This document shows positions 39,601 through 48,878 of a DNA stretch of 64,000 nucleotides, in pieces (positions within the stretch are counted from its first letter, which is position 1; the number at the start of each line of letters is the position of its first letter). The position numbers were made by a program, and so were the translations under genes. The stretch comes from an uncultured virus (IMG/VR IMGVR_UViG_3300035698_002590) (taxonomy: Duplodnaviria > Heunggongvirae > Uroviricota > Caudoviricetes). The notes beneath the pieces are model-generated. The model was not told the DNA's origin and searched no databases. It saw only the letters and a list, made by a program, of their open reading frames with translations. The stretch is taken from IMG/VR virus record IMGVR_UViG_3300035698_002590. The stretch is one strand, 5' to 3'.

Positions 39601-40097
39601 CTACTTAATGCAGCATTAACAATTACAGTGAATTGCTCTAACCAATTTGGATTGGTAGTATCATTCCAGTTAACTGTGACATTTGACAAATTAACACCTG
39701 TAAAGTCAACTATATCTTCGGTGCTACTAATGCTTTGTACTTTAATATAGCCCTCGGCAGCGGTGTTACGCTTAGGAGTATAACTTACTAGTTCAGCCAG
39801 GCGTGTTACACTGTCTCTTCTTTCAGCAGTGTCAATGAAGTTTTCTCTGGTATTGAGATCGTTGCGAAAGCTACCTGCTTGTCCCATGAATGCCATAACA
39901 TCAAGGATGGCAATAAATTCTGAACTCTCAATATAATCGTTAAAGCTTTCGGGATAATACAGACGTATGTAGTCAATGAAACTTTTTCTTAATGTTTCAA
40001 AGTCATAGCTTTGAAAGTCAGCTTCGCGATAGGTTTGGTAAATTCTTTTCCAATCCTCAACGCCGAATATACTGGTTTGTCTAGTTGTTTTTGCCAT
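36690..40097 (-). CDS. gp6: Baseplate wedge subunit, T4 gp6-like
   Basis: DFETLRKSFIDY, ENFIDTAERRDSV..LA..VSY.PKR, FGDG, IKQRAP..Y.TQNRMVNGEDY. Confidence 0.88.
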   Translation of the reverse strand: MAKTTRQTSIFGVEDWKRIYQTYREADFQSYDFETLRKSFIDYIRLYYPESFNDYIESSEFIAILDVMAFMGQAGSFRNDLNTRENFIDTAERRDSVTRLAELVSYTPKRNTAAEGYIKVQSISSTEDIVDFTGVNLSNVTVNWNDTTNPNWLEQFTVIVNAALSSSQRFGRPGNSQNILGVQTDEYTLNLANGFLPVVPFSSTINGTNMVFEAVSSTSVNKTYMYEPAPKPNGLFNMLYKNDRQGYASANTGYFFMFKQGSLQDFPFNLGERISNRVVNVNIEGINNEDVWLYEIDSLGAVGDEWKFVENIYTGAVEQLTPDQRKYFTITSRTNDQINLNFGDGVFSSIPVGTFRSYVRSSNGLNYVINANEMQNITIAISYVSRTGRNETLTMTCALTSPVSNATTRENINDIKQRAPARYYTQNRMVNGEDYNNFPYTLYSTIIKSKAVNRSSIGTSRYLDLVDITGKYSSTNIFASDGLIYETTDVPSFTFTFIDQNDISNVIINQVEPVLSSRGMQEFYYQNFNRPDLTSLNLNWSQSTTSNNETTGFFRFTANGAPAPVGPQTSDNKQYIAQGGLIKFVPPSGFYFNKFNRLLPGTPTLPGDKMTLWATVTQLELNGTNFGVGNNTDGTGPVTLNNFIPTNAVPVQVITNFVTDLPAAIEQTMREQMELYRNFGLGYNNLTGAWYVITSTNLNEATTFSLDYAQNTSGTGLDNSWLVAFSTDGITYTVSSRSLERFWASVLETRFFYDGTQKVYDPKTGTVINDFINVLKTNNQPDTSSTLNSDEILDIVGQPVETDGYVDDFRVRISYKDSDNDGIPDNPDYFQTLVAPTTNPNTKRVYLQKTVDFDNLERYIPLASGVVNGQYATKSAIELVKSEFPDNQVFYAYTDKLFYILTVAYTGTRTLTQALGYIYYVGRQDLYFQYRHNAPLSRRIDPGTTNIIDIFLVTSAYYTAYQNYVKDSTGTVLQPAQPTIDELTTSYSTLNDYKMISDNIILNSAIFKPLFGTKSAPELRATIKCVKNPNSTVSTSEIKSQVVAAMNQYFTIENWDFGDTFFFSELSAYLHDQLGSIISTVVLVPTDPLKSFGDLYEIRSQPSEIFVNAATVNDVEVISALTSSQLRTAPNSGVV

Positions 40098-40117
40098 GTT
40101 TATCTATCCTTGGCAAG

Positions 40118-40125
40118 TATTTATG
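40118..40125 (-). promoter_or_regulatory. Late promoter-like CATAAATA
   Basis: One mismatch to TATAAATA, upstream of gp6; similar motifs at 40531-40538, 47874-47881 (minus) and 56101-56108, 58401-58408, 60167-60174 (plus). Confidence 0.6.
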
Positions 40126-40145
40126 ATACAAATAAACTGGGTAGT

Positions 40146-40526
40146 TTATACGTCTGAATACCCGGCACGCTGCTGGTTTTGATCAAAAAAGATACTTAGC
40201 ATTTCAGACTCTTGGCCTTGTACTGTTTGTACTTCAAGCTCAATCAATATGCCATTTGCTTGTGCATAAACATTAATATCACTAATGGCTAGTCTAGGAT
40301 CTTGTGCAACTACACGCTGGATTTCAGTATTTATTTGCTGTGTGGTACTAGCATTTTGTGGTTCAAAAATTAAACTCCACATAGTTGTGCCTACTGTAGG
40401 ACGTCCTGGCATTTCGCCTTGTCTTATGTTTAATGCATTCAGCAAGTCACGTTTGATCAACGCAAAGTCAGTGAGTACATACGACTTATATTGGTTAATT
40501 GTGCTATATCCGATGAATGTTGGCAT
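40146..40526 (-). CDS. gp25: Baseplate wedge subunit, gp25/GPW-like
   Basis: IKRDLLN.LNIRQGE.PGRP..G...WSLIFEP, DPRL. Confidence 0.88.
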   Translation of the reverse strand: MPTFIGYSTINQYKSYVLTDFALIKRDLLNALNIRQGEMPGRPTVGTTMWSLIFEPQNASTTQQINTEIQRVVAQDPRLAISDINVYAQANGILIELEVQTVQGQESEMLSIFFDQNQQRAGYSDV

Positions 40527-40541
40527 AATGTATTTATTGTC

Positions 40542-43115
40542 CTATACTATCTTATTTTTTATACTTTTGATTACAGAATTAGCACTACCACCGTTTCCAG
40601 CTGCCATTAGTTTCAGTGCTGCCTGATATTCCAGAACATTCAACGGCAATGCTTTTACTGTTGCATTTTGTACCTTAAATGATCCAACAACGTTGTTAAC
40701 TGCGTTGTCAATGGCAATTCTGTTAGTGGCGTTTGTGATACCCTCAACTACTGTATTGTTTACAAATGCAGGGAATGAATAAGAGCCGCCGCCGCCGCCG
40801 AACAAGCCGCCAAATATGCTGCCTAAGCCGCCGGAAAATACACCTGCAACAGTGCTGCCAAGACTAGCAATGCTTGTAACGTTACCAAGACTAGCAATGC
40901 TTGTAAGATTTCCAAGTCCTGCTAAATCAGACAAGCTAGCTACTTTACTAATGTCAAAATTTGCTAAGCTGGCTAGGTCTGATCCGATTGAGGTAAATCC
41001 TTGCAACGAAGAAGGTATTTTGCCTAGTACTAGGTCAACAGCATATTTTCCGCCTTGTACTATTTCGTCCATTTGTAAACTACTAATAGCACTGCTGTCC
41101 AATCCAGAAAAAGTTTTTCCAAGTACAGCAGCACCGTCGACCCACTTAGCAACTGCTGGGCCGCCAAATTTTGCAGCACCTTGCACTAATCCAGCAAGAT
41201 CTGCTGAGTTTTCTAAACCAGTCACAACACCAAGATTTTGTAATGCACTAAGTCCTGTGTTTAACAAATCAGTCTGTGCAACGTCTTGTAAATTTTGATT
41301 TGACAAGAAGTCGTTTATGTTACTAACACCGTTTACACCTGTCCACACACTACCATTGTTTAGAACTGATGTAATACTAGCCGATGGATCATTGAGAAAG
41401 AAATCTGAAGTTCCTGGTTTTAAGTATCCAGCGTTTTCTAATTGCTGTGCGCTAAATCCAAATTTACCAACACCTAATGTATCTGAGATAGCAGTAAAGT
41501 CCTGCGGAACTTGCTTGCTAGCTTGTGCTAACATCGCCTGAACTTGCGATGGGGTTAATTTACCAACAGCAGTAGCAGTCCCGTCTTGTACTTCGTAATC
41601 TGACACTGTAATTTTTGAAACGCTAACACTATCAGCCTTAGCAATAGCTGCTTGTGTGTTTACGGCTGTTGGTACTTCAGATGCTCCACCAGATAAAGAA
41701 GCAGTAGAGTTGACTCCTGTGCTATGGAATGGGTATGGTTCGTGTGTTGGTGCTCTACTGACCACTGATTCAATAGCATCTTTTTCAATTACCCATCCTA
41801 CATTATTTTTAAACGTAGTGTCTGGCAGTTTGTTTTTAGGAATGTCTTGCGGGGTTGGAACATCACTAGCTGCTCCACTGTTTAGTTTAATTGGCTTCCC
41901 TACAAAGGTTAAGCTTCCGCTGTTCCATGATCCATTTTTTGACTTTAATGCAAGATTACCGTCACTTTTAATACCAATTTGCTTGCGACTGTATAGCAGT
42001 AGGTTGTCAGTTGCATTTAAACTCAATGCTTTAGTTTCAATGCCCATTGCAAGTTTAGCAAACATTTTAATGCTGCCTTTTTCGCTGTTGATGTTAATAT
42101 CACCGGATGCATGCATGTTGATTTCGCCTTGACTACGAATGTTAACACTGTTTGATGCATAAACATCCAATGTTCCTTCTTTGCCTAGTTCTACCCACGA
42201 TTGCCCATTGGCATGCATAATATGAATAGTGTCACCAGTGTCGTTTAGCATAACTTGATGGCCAGACGCTGTGCGCAGTCTTAGTAGTTGATCTTGCCCA
42301 TCAAGATCGCCATCGTCCATTACAATGCTGTGGCCGCCTAAGCGCGAAATTACCTGAACTTCGTTGGCTTTAACTTGGTTGTTTGAAACTTTAGCTGACG
42401 TTTCAGCAGGAGTAAAGCCACCTTTGTATACCGGTCTGCCTGGACTACTCCATCCGTACACTGTGCTTGGCGATTCACGTTGTGAATTACTAGTAATAGG
42501 ACCTAGCAATGGATCAGAAATAACACCTTGATCAAGCATTTGTCCTGCTAACACACTGTGAACTGGTTTTGACTCTTCAAAAAATCTTGGATTTTCAGAA
42601 ATAGATGGGTTACTGTTGTTTACTTCAGTTACTGGTAGTTGTGTTGCTCCGGCAAAATATGGAGAATTAGTATCGTCGGTGTATTTTTTACTTGCGCCAA
42701 TTGCTGGCATCATATGATTAATGCCTGGGTCAATGGGTGCACCGATATAATACCCCATGTTTGGATCGCCATTGGCAAAGAAACAAATAACCTTGGTTCC
42801 AATGTCTGGTGGCGTTCCCCAAAAACCATAGCTTTGCTGGTTTCCTGTGAATGATCCAGGACCAGTTGTTTGCGGCGCACTTTGTTGGGTAGTGCCGTAC
42901 ATCGGAGAAATATAGCTAACCGTTCTCCATAAACTTTTTTCAGTTTTATCAGAACCTGCAAGATACTCGATGTAAACTTGCAGTCTCCCGCTGCGAGTAG
43001 GATCCACGTTGTTAGTTATTTCACCAAGAAACGGTCCAGTTTCAGCTGGAGCACCACCTTTGTCAGTTTTAAATGACTTTGGTTGTCCTTGACTTCGTTG
43101 ATAGTTTTCTACCAT
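40542..43115 (-). CDS. gp5: Baseplate hub/spike protein, gp5/VgrG-like
   Basis: N-terminal OB fold (DPTRSGRLQVYI, PDIGTKV..FF.NGD), beta-helix region (GHSIVMDDG, RTASGHQV.LND), PTHEP, degenerate lysozyme-like C-terminal part. Confidence 0.82.
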   Translation of the reverse strand: MVENYQRSQGQPKSFKTDKGGAPAETGPFLGEITNNVDPTRSGRLQVYIEYLAGSDKTEKSLWRTVSYISPMYGTTQQSAPQTTGPGSFTGNQQSYGFWGTPPDIGTKVICFFANGDPNMGYYIGAPIDPGINHMMPAIGASKKYTDDTNSPYFAGATQLPVTEVNNSNPSISENPRFFEESKPVHSVLAGQMLDQGVISDPLLGPITSNSQRESPSTVYGWSSPGRPVYKGGFTPAETSAKVSNNQVKANEVQVISRLGGHSIVMDDGDLDGQDQLLRLRTASGHQVMLNDTGDTIHIMHANGQSWVELGKEGTLDVYASNSVNIRSQGEINMHASGDININSEKGSIKMFAKLAMGIETKALSLNATDNLLLYSRKQIGIKSDGNLALKSKNGSWNSGSLTFVGKPIKLNSGAASDVPTPQDIPKNKLPDTTFKNNVGWVIEKDAIESVVSRAPTHEPYPFHSTGVNSTASLSGGASEVPTAVNTQAAIAKADSVSVSKITVSDYEVQDGTATAVGKLTPSQVQAMLAQASKQVPQDFTAISDTLGVGKFGFSAQQLENAGYLKPGTSDFFLNDPSASITSVLNNGSVWTGVNGVSNINDFLSNQNLQDVAQTDLLNTGLSALQNLGVVTGLENSADLAGLVQGAAKFGGPAVAKWVDGAAVLGKTFSGLDSSAISSLQMDEIVQGGKYAVDLVLGKIPSSLQGFTSIGSDLASLANFDISKVASLSDLAGLGNLTSIASLGNVTSIASLGSTVAGVFSGGLGSIFGGLFGGGGGSYSFPAFVNNTVVEGITNATNRIAIDNAVNNVVGSFKVQNATVKALPLNVLEYQAALKLMAAGNGGSANSVIKSIKNKIV
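40858..40916. repeat. 27-bp in-frame tandem repeat in the gp5 C-terminus
   Basis: ccaagactagcaatgcttgtaa at 40858 and 40885; encodes LGNLTSIAS/LGNVTSIAS. Confidence 0.9.
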
Positions 43116-43136
43116 CTAAGGTGTTCCTTTAATTTA

Positions 43137-45947
43137 TTAAAATGGCCCTGCGCCATCGTCGTCTAATGCGTTAGTTGGATTTTTAGCCACACCGCCCGGG
43201 AATATGTCGCTGAGCTCATCATCGGTATAGTTTATGTAATATCCCTTATTAAGCAGTTCTTCGTCAGTTTCAGTATAAGTTTTTAGCCCGTTTTTGTTAT
43301 TTGTACGAGGTACACTAACCCCTTGGTTAGATGCTAGATTGTCGGCTGTAAATTCTCGCAACGTGCCTTCGATTCTTTGTGTAAATTTACCTGCTTTAAA
43401 CATGTTGGTTATAGAATATGCAGCAAATACCAAACGTTCTTCGGCTATGTTTGTATTGTTGTTGATAGCACCTTGGTTGATATTTTCTTCGTACTTTGGT
43501 GTTAAGCCTGTTGCTAAATCATAATCATTTGCTCTGTTAAAACGTACTTCAAATAACACCTCACTGCTATTAACATTCATACTGCCATCAGCTTCAAAAG
43601 GTGAAAGATTGTCCTCTGTGTAAAACACTTCGCTTTGCGTAATCCAGTCTGGGTCTCCAACAATTTCAAGCTCAACTTTTAACACATCCGACTCAGCATA
43701 CAGTCTACCTGCTAATTGTGCCGCCGGCAATGTTGATTCGCCTGCTCCGCCTTGTTGACTTGACTCTGCACCCGGTGAATGCATTTGTTTGTTAGCAAAT
43801 CGACCGTCCCCGACAACTGGTGCAGTTAATCCGTTATTTCCTATAGGTGTTATGTAGTTAGTGTTTGCTTCAAATTCAAGATTTAATACTTCTGTATTCA
43901 GACCTGTGAACAAATATTCATAAATTTTATGAGATCCTCTATATGTTGACGGAGAGAAATACGGAGACTTTGGTGTGTTAATTTGATATCTATTTACTTT
44001 GTAAGTAATTTCATATGCATAATCTTTTCGAATATTATCCCAACCGATTGCTTTTGATTTTTGTGTAATTTTATACCACATTGTAGTTTGCACCGGCGGG
44101 TTTGAAATTTCTTTTTTAGTTACTTCGTCAAATACCACAGTTTGTTGAGCAGTAACATACTCGCTGTTTTTCATCACTTGATCGATTAACTGTGTAATCT
44201 GGGTGCCTGCTGTGATGCTGTATGTTCTTCCTGCGTTATCAAAGTTTTGTTTTTTTGAGTTTAGTAATATATTTGGATTGTCAGTCACAGTCATTGGGGT
44301 TGTTTTTTTGTTGGTTGTTCCTTGCTTTTTCATTTTAGCATCTTTAAACCCCGGAATATCTTCTAATAGAATAATATACTTGTCTGCAATCTCTTGCGCA
44401 CCTTTTTTAACCAAGTCAAGTTGATTTTGATTTAGTGCGTCTGTTAACCCTTGAGTTACAGTTGGAGCACTGCTGCCAGCTTTCTGATTACCGGTGCCAA
44501 ATTCCCCGCCTTGCGCATCACCGGCTGCAAATTCATTGGCTGCAATTGTACCAGCTGACAATTGCATATTACCATTAAACAGTGTGCCCACGTCTGGTGC
44601 GTCAAGCTGAAAGTTAAAAGGTATTGAACCCCTAGACGTACTAAATCCAACTGTTGTCTGCGGTATCATGCATTGCAGTTGATACTCAACAACTTGTGCA
44701 GCAAGTTTATATTTGAGCATGGCTATTTGGAAAGGAATAAACTTTTCTACTATTGCATTTGGATCACTTGTAGTCTCTCCGCCATTTTGTGCTGACCCAC
44801 TGACTAAATTTCCGTTTTCGTCATACCCATAAAAACGTATAACCATAAGATAATTTTGACCATTAATAGTTGCACCCGGGATGCCAGTATGATCCCAAAC
44901 TGCTCGGCGTAATCTTTCTAAAAATGTTATGCCTTGCGGTTCAAGAACATCAAACTCAAGCGTAACAGCATTGTGCGGGCTTCCGGCTCCTTGAGTACCG
45001 ACTAAACATTTAAGTTCAATATTTTCTGGATAGAAATCTAAGTCAAAAAATTTGTTGCGTTCACCAATTGTTGCACCACCTGATTGCATAATTAACTGCT
45101 GAGATGGTAGTGTTTTTCTGTCAGAATTTACTACTCTGTCGTATTCTTCAACATCCATAATATAAATTGAAATAGTGTAAGTTTGTGAAGCAAGTCCAGC
45201 AAGTCTATTTGGGGCGGCAGTAATGGTTTGTAAAAATTCACTAGCAATGGCTACACGACCGTCAACTCCATTTGCATTGGCTGTGTACGCATCGTCAGTT
45301 TTGCTAACTCCGCCAGGCCTTATACCAGGAAACTCAATGCCGCCACCGGTTGTGCTGATTACCCCACCGCCTGGTGCAGTATCTATTGTACTTGAAAAAT
45401 CACCACGTAGTGTTGCTAATCGAGCATTAGTAAGATCAACTGTACCTGCCGGGATTATATCTGTACCTGTAATATTACCGTCTTTATCCTTGAGCACAAC
45501 TAGTGTTTCTGTACCTAATGTAGGAGAAGTAACTCTGGAATCGCCAACAGCCGCATCTTGTGCCTCTATAACTTCCGTACCTGCGCTTGCAGTTGGTAAA
45601 TTATTTAAATTTGCATCAGAGTTGCCGTTAGAAACTGCGTCCCTTTTCACTTGATCCATCCGTGTGCGCAAATTACTATTTGCACGTTGGTTTTCAATCA
45701 ACTTTGCAGCCAATGCTACTTTTCCAGGATCAAAATCAGGCACACCGCTGTTTTGTTGCTGTAAGTTTGTTATTGATGAAGTAATGCCTGATAGATTACC
45801 AGATAGTGTATCCCACCGTTGGCTAATTTCAGGCCACGGTGCGCCGTCGTCAACTAAAAATTCAAATGTACGAACTTGAGGTTCTGCTTGATTAATCTGA
45901 AGCTGTAGAGACAGTCTAGCTTGATTTAACTCTGCCGCGCTGGTCAT
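43137..45947 (-). CDS. Baseplate hub protein (gp27/tail protein-like) with a long N-terminal extension
   Basis: Position between the gp53-like and gp5 genes; EPQGITFLERL, LEIVGDPDWI, F.AGKFTQRIEG. Confidence 0.65.
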   Translation of the reverse strand: MTSAAELNQARLSLQLQINQAEPQVRTFEFLVDDGAPWPEISQRWDTLSGNLSGITSSITNLQQQNSGVPDFDPGKVALAAKLIENQRANSNLRTRMDQVKRDAVSNGNSDANLNNLPTASAGTEVIEAQDAAVGDSRVTSPTLGTETLVVLKDKDGNITGTDIIPAGTVDLTNARLATLRGDFSSTIDTAPGGGVISTTGGGIEFPGIRPGGVSKTDDAYTANANGVDGRVAIASEFLQTITAAPNRLAGLASQTYTISIYIMDVEEYDRVVNSDRKTLPSQQLIMQSGGATIGERNKFFDLDFYPENIELKCLVGTQGAGSPHNAVTLEFDVLEPQGITFLERLRRAVWDHTGIPGATINGQNYLMVIRFYGYDENGNLVSGSAQNGGETTSDPNAIVEKFIPFQIAMLKYKLAAQVVEYQLQCMIPQTTVGFSTSRGSIPFNFQLDAPDVGTLFNGNMQLSAGTIAANEFAAGDAQGGEFGTGNQKAGSSAPTVTQGLTDALNQNQLDLVKKGAQEIADKYIILLEDIPGFKDAKMKKQGTTNKKTTPMTVTDNPNILLNSKKQNFDNAGRTYSITAGTQITQLIDQVMKNSEYVTAQQTVVFDEVTKKEISNPPVQTTMWYKITQKSKAIGWDNIRKDYAYEITYKVNRYQINTPKSPYFSPSTYRGSHKIYEYLFTGLNTEVLNLEFEANTNYITPIGNNGLTAPVVGDGRFANKQMHSPGAESSQQGGAGESTLPAAQLAGRLYAESDVLKVELEIVGDPDWITQSEVFYTEDNLSPFEADGSMNVNSSEVLFEVRFNRANDYDLATGLTPKYEENINQGAINNNTNIAEERLVFAAYSITNMFKAGKFTQRIEGTLREFTADNLASNQGVSVPRTNNKNGLKTYTETDEELLNKGYYINYTDDELSDIFPGGVAKNPTNALDDDGAGPF

Positions 45948-45948
45948 A

Positions 45949-46254
45949 TTAGATTCCTAATACTTGTTTTAAGGTTGATATCTGTGGTAGGTATATTTGT
46001 GTGTCTGTTGTGAAATCTCCCAGCGGGTCTTGCAGTTGGTTTGGATTTCTCTGCGCAAACACCCACCATAACGCAGCATCTTTATATAAGTCATATGCCA
46101 ACAAGTCTGGTCGCAGGTTGTATGTTTCATTGATAGTCATTAACAAATCATCAACTTTTTTAGGAATAGGTCTGTTAACCATTACACCAAGATATTTTTT
46201 ATTAACCACAGGTGTGTCAAAATAAGGACTGCTACTCGTGTATCTATTTTCCAT
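45949..46254 (-). CDS. Baseplate wedge protein, gp53/LysM-like
   Basis: Y..RPDLLAYDLY....LWWVFAQRN. Confidence 0.8.
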   Translation of the reverse strand: MENRYTSSSPYFDTPVVNKKYLGVMVNRPIPKKVDDLLMTINETYNLRPDLLAYDLYKDAALWWVFAQRNPNQLQDPLGDFTTDTQIYLPQISTLKQVLGI

Positions 46255-47855
46255 TACCACATGCCTTTCTTGATTAAGTTACCGTTTGCATACTCTCTTA
46301 AACTAAACTGTTCACTAACTTGCTGTCTGCTTTGTATTGGTAGTAGGTTAATGGTCATTGACATTTTAGTTGGCACATATGTTGCACCTTTACTTCCTAA
46401 TTTACCTGGTGATGGTGTGAATGGCTGTGCGCCGGCTTGAAGTGGCTGCGATCCGCCGCCAAATAACGAAGTAAACGCTGTGGATAATCTAGTTAAACTA
46501 GAGAAGTTACCATTGGTTGCACTTGTTGCTAGTGGCTTTTGATACTGTAAATTATCAGCACCTGTTATATGTCTACTTCTTGCTCTAATGTAATTAACAT
46601 CAGCAGGCAAGTTAAGGTTAAATTCTGTTATCACACACGGCGACTCGTTAAATTGATATTCACCAAGGCCAGACAAATACAATAACGGTGGCGGTGATCC
46701 GCGCTCCGCATCTTGTCCGTAAAACATCTTACTTGCACTCTTAAAGAAGTGCATAACTGCTAACAAATATTCTGCTTCAACTGTGTCTTGTGCTGTAAAT
46801 TCAGCCGTGAGCTGCACAGTTTGAACACTTGATCCTTTGTAGAAATAGTGCATGTAGTTACTGTGTGTTGGCTGATAAGTGTTGTAGTCTGATCTGTATT
46901 GTAAATCAATTTGAGGAGTATATGGAAATATAACACCGTCTGTAACTGTTAATGGTGCAAGTATTCCCGGGTCGGCAGCTTTGTACAAATATGTTGCTTG
47001 TGGTGCAAGTCTTAACTTAACACGCCAGTCGCCATCGGCATTTTTAACTCCGCTTGCTTCTCGTTGAGCACTGACAGTTTGCTGATTACGTGCTTTGATA
47101 AGCAACTGATTGGCATCAATTGCTCTGCGCATCTCTTCAGAGTCTGTGTAAGGAGCTAAACCTCGGGTAACACGTTCTTCATTTATCAATCTTGCAACTT
47201 CAGGATCGTCAAGGTTAGGCACAACTTTGTCTCGAAGTGCGGCTTCGATAGCAGCAGCATCTACAGGAGATACTGTGTAAGGATTATCTTGAAAGTCAGG
47301 AAGTTGACCAAGCACCTTGCCAGGATACAATATAGTTTCTTCTCTCAGCGGTGGACCAATCCCAAGTTTGTACTTTTCCATTCTCCCTGGACCACCATTG
47401 TATGCTTGTAGAATTTCTGCGGGTGTGTAGTCTGGATATTCTTTCCGCAATCCTTCAAGATACTGTCTAGCAAATTCTCTAGATCTCACTGGATCGAGAA
47501 CTTCTCGAATTGTAATAGGTTTTACACCGTATCCCGGTTCTGCCGCAGTCGCTGGCATAATCTGATATACGCCTAGTGCACCTGCTGGGGACACTGCATT
47601 AGGATTGTTGCCCGATTCGACAACTGCTAGCGCATCAAGCAAGTCGTCTGTTACCCAAGTGGCTTGTGTATTTTGTACACTAGTAAGTTGGCCATAGTCA
47701 CTGTTTATTGTAGGAGTTGCATTTAAATCAATAGCATAGTTACCAAAGTCCGCAGGCGGTATACCTGCCATAACCATTAACCTATCTCTATTATAATTTG
47801 GGTATTGTAATAGTAGTTGGTTGTAAGTATCTGCTAATGCTTGTTCGTACGCCAT
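46254..47855 (-). CDS. Lytic transglycosylase (SLT) domain fused to a tail-tube initiator/baseplate (gp48/gp54-like) domain
   Basis: AVVESGNNPNAVSPAGALGVYQIMPATA...AYNGGPG (SLT motifs); C-terminal GVIFPYTP, HSNY, PPP.LYLSGLG, PCVI. Confidence 0.8.
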   Translation of the reverse strand: MAYEQALADTYNQLLLQYPNYNRDRLMVMAGIPPADFGNYAIDLNATPTINSDYGQLTSVQNTQATWVTDDLLDALAVVESGNNPNAVSPAGALGVYQIMPATAAEPGYGVKPITIREVLDPVRSREFARQYLEGLRKEYPDYTPAEILQAYNGGPGRMEKYKLGIGPPLREETILYPGKVLGQLPDFQDNPYTVSPVDAAAIEAALRDKVVPNLDDPEVARLINEERVTRGLAPYTDSEEMRRAIDANQLLIKARNQQTVSAQREASGVKNADGDWRVKLRLAPQATYLYKAADPGILAPLTVTDGVIFPYTPQIDLQYRSDYNTYQPTHSNYMHYFYKGSSVQTVQLTAEFTAQDTVEAEYLLAVMHFFKSASKMFYGQDAERGSPPPLLYLSGLGEYQFNESPCVITEFNLNLPADVNYIRARSRHITGADNLQYQKPLATSATNGNFSSLTRLSTAFTSLFGGGSQPLQAGAQPFTPSPGKLGSKGATYVPTKMSMTINLLPIQSRQQVSEQFSLREYANGNLIKKGMW

Positions 47856-47907
47856 TCGGTAACTCCTATACGTTATTTATGTCTATCAAAAACGGCTAAG
47901 TTAATGA

Positions 47908-47936
47908 TTGACACCCTCCCTAAAGTCGTATATAAT
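47908..47936 (+). promoter_or_regulatory. Consensus sigma70 promoter for the late-sigma/gp47/gp46 operon
   Basis: TTGACA (47908-47913), 17-bp spacer, TATAAT (47931-47936); GGAGG RBS before ATG 47960. Confidence 0.88.
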
Positions 47937-47959
47937 AAGTACAATTATGGAGGACTTAA

Positions 47960-48868
47960 ATGTCAGTAGACAAAAAAATAGTTGTTAAAAAACCTAAAAA
48001 AGTTAACTATCTCAACAACCGAGATATTCTCAAAGAAATTTACAAAAGTAAAAGCACATATTGTTCATACCTAGAGGCTAAGTTTGCACAGTATGATATT
48101 ATTTTGCCTAGTGTGGACAAAATAAATCAACGCACTGTTGCGGAGGCGCGGCGTAATAAAGCTGATCGAATTAAACGAGAAACAGGAGAGATTGTTGATC
48201 CAACAAAACTTAGCAACCAAGAGCTAGTGTTTCGTATTACTTGCTGGGAACATATCCCAATGGTACCAAAGAAACTAACTAAAGCTCAAGAAAAAAAGAA
48301 ATCCAAGCTAGAAGAGATTCTAGAAATGGATGATATTGATTACACTGACGATGGGTTACAAGAACTTATGTCCGAAGTTGAACAAGATCTCAACTTTGTA
48401 AAGTTAAACTTTCCTCCATTCTGGCATTACATAATCGACAAAGATAAAGTACCGCATATTGTTGGGAAAAGCCATTGGGTAGGTGGATTGGAAAACGGTC
48501 ACTTCTCAAAAGATCACGGCAAGATGACAGACAAACTAGCACACATGTTTATTAAACTGTGTGAACGCTATGCAACACGTTCAAACTGGCGTGGGTATAC
48601 TTACAACGAAGAAATGCGAGGACAGGCACTGTTGCAGTTGAGCCAAATTGGTTTGCAGTTTGATGAATCTAAATCACAAAATCCATTTGCATACTACACG
48701 GCTGCTATCACCAACAGCTTTACCAGAGTGTTAAACATCGAAAAGAAAAATCAAAACATTCGTGATGATATTCTAGAGAACGCTGGGTTAAATCCAAGCT
48801 GGACACGACAGTTTAACAACTCAGCTGAATCAAAAAGATTTATAGCAGAGACAAAAGTAACCAAATAA
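47960..48868 (+). CDS. gp55: Late-transcription sigma factor, T4 gp55-like
   Basis: NYLNN..IL.EI, RSNWRGYTYNEEM, FDESKSQNPFAYYTAAI.NSF.R.LN.EKK; synteny with gp47/gp46. Confidence 0.85.
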   Translation: MSVDKKIVVKKPKKVNYLNNRDILKEIYKSKSTYCSYLEAKFAQYDIILPSVDKINQRTVAEARRNKADRIKRETGEIVDPTKLSNQELVFRITCWEHIPMVPKKLTKAQEKKKSKLEEILEMDDIDYTDDGLQELMSEVEQDLNFVKLNFPPFWHYIIDKDKVPHIVGKSHWVGGLENGHFSKDHGKMTDKLAHMFIKLCERYATRSNWRGYTYNEEMRGQALLQLSQIGLQFDESKSQNPFAYYTAAITNSFTRVLNIEKKNQNIRDDILENAGLNPSWTRQFNNSAESKRFIAETKVTK

Positions 48869-48878
48869 GGACTTATAC

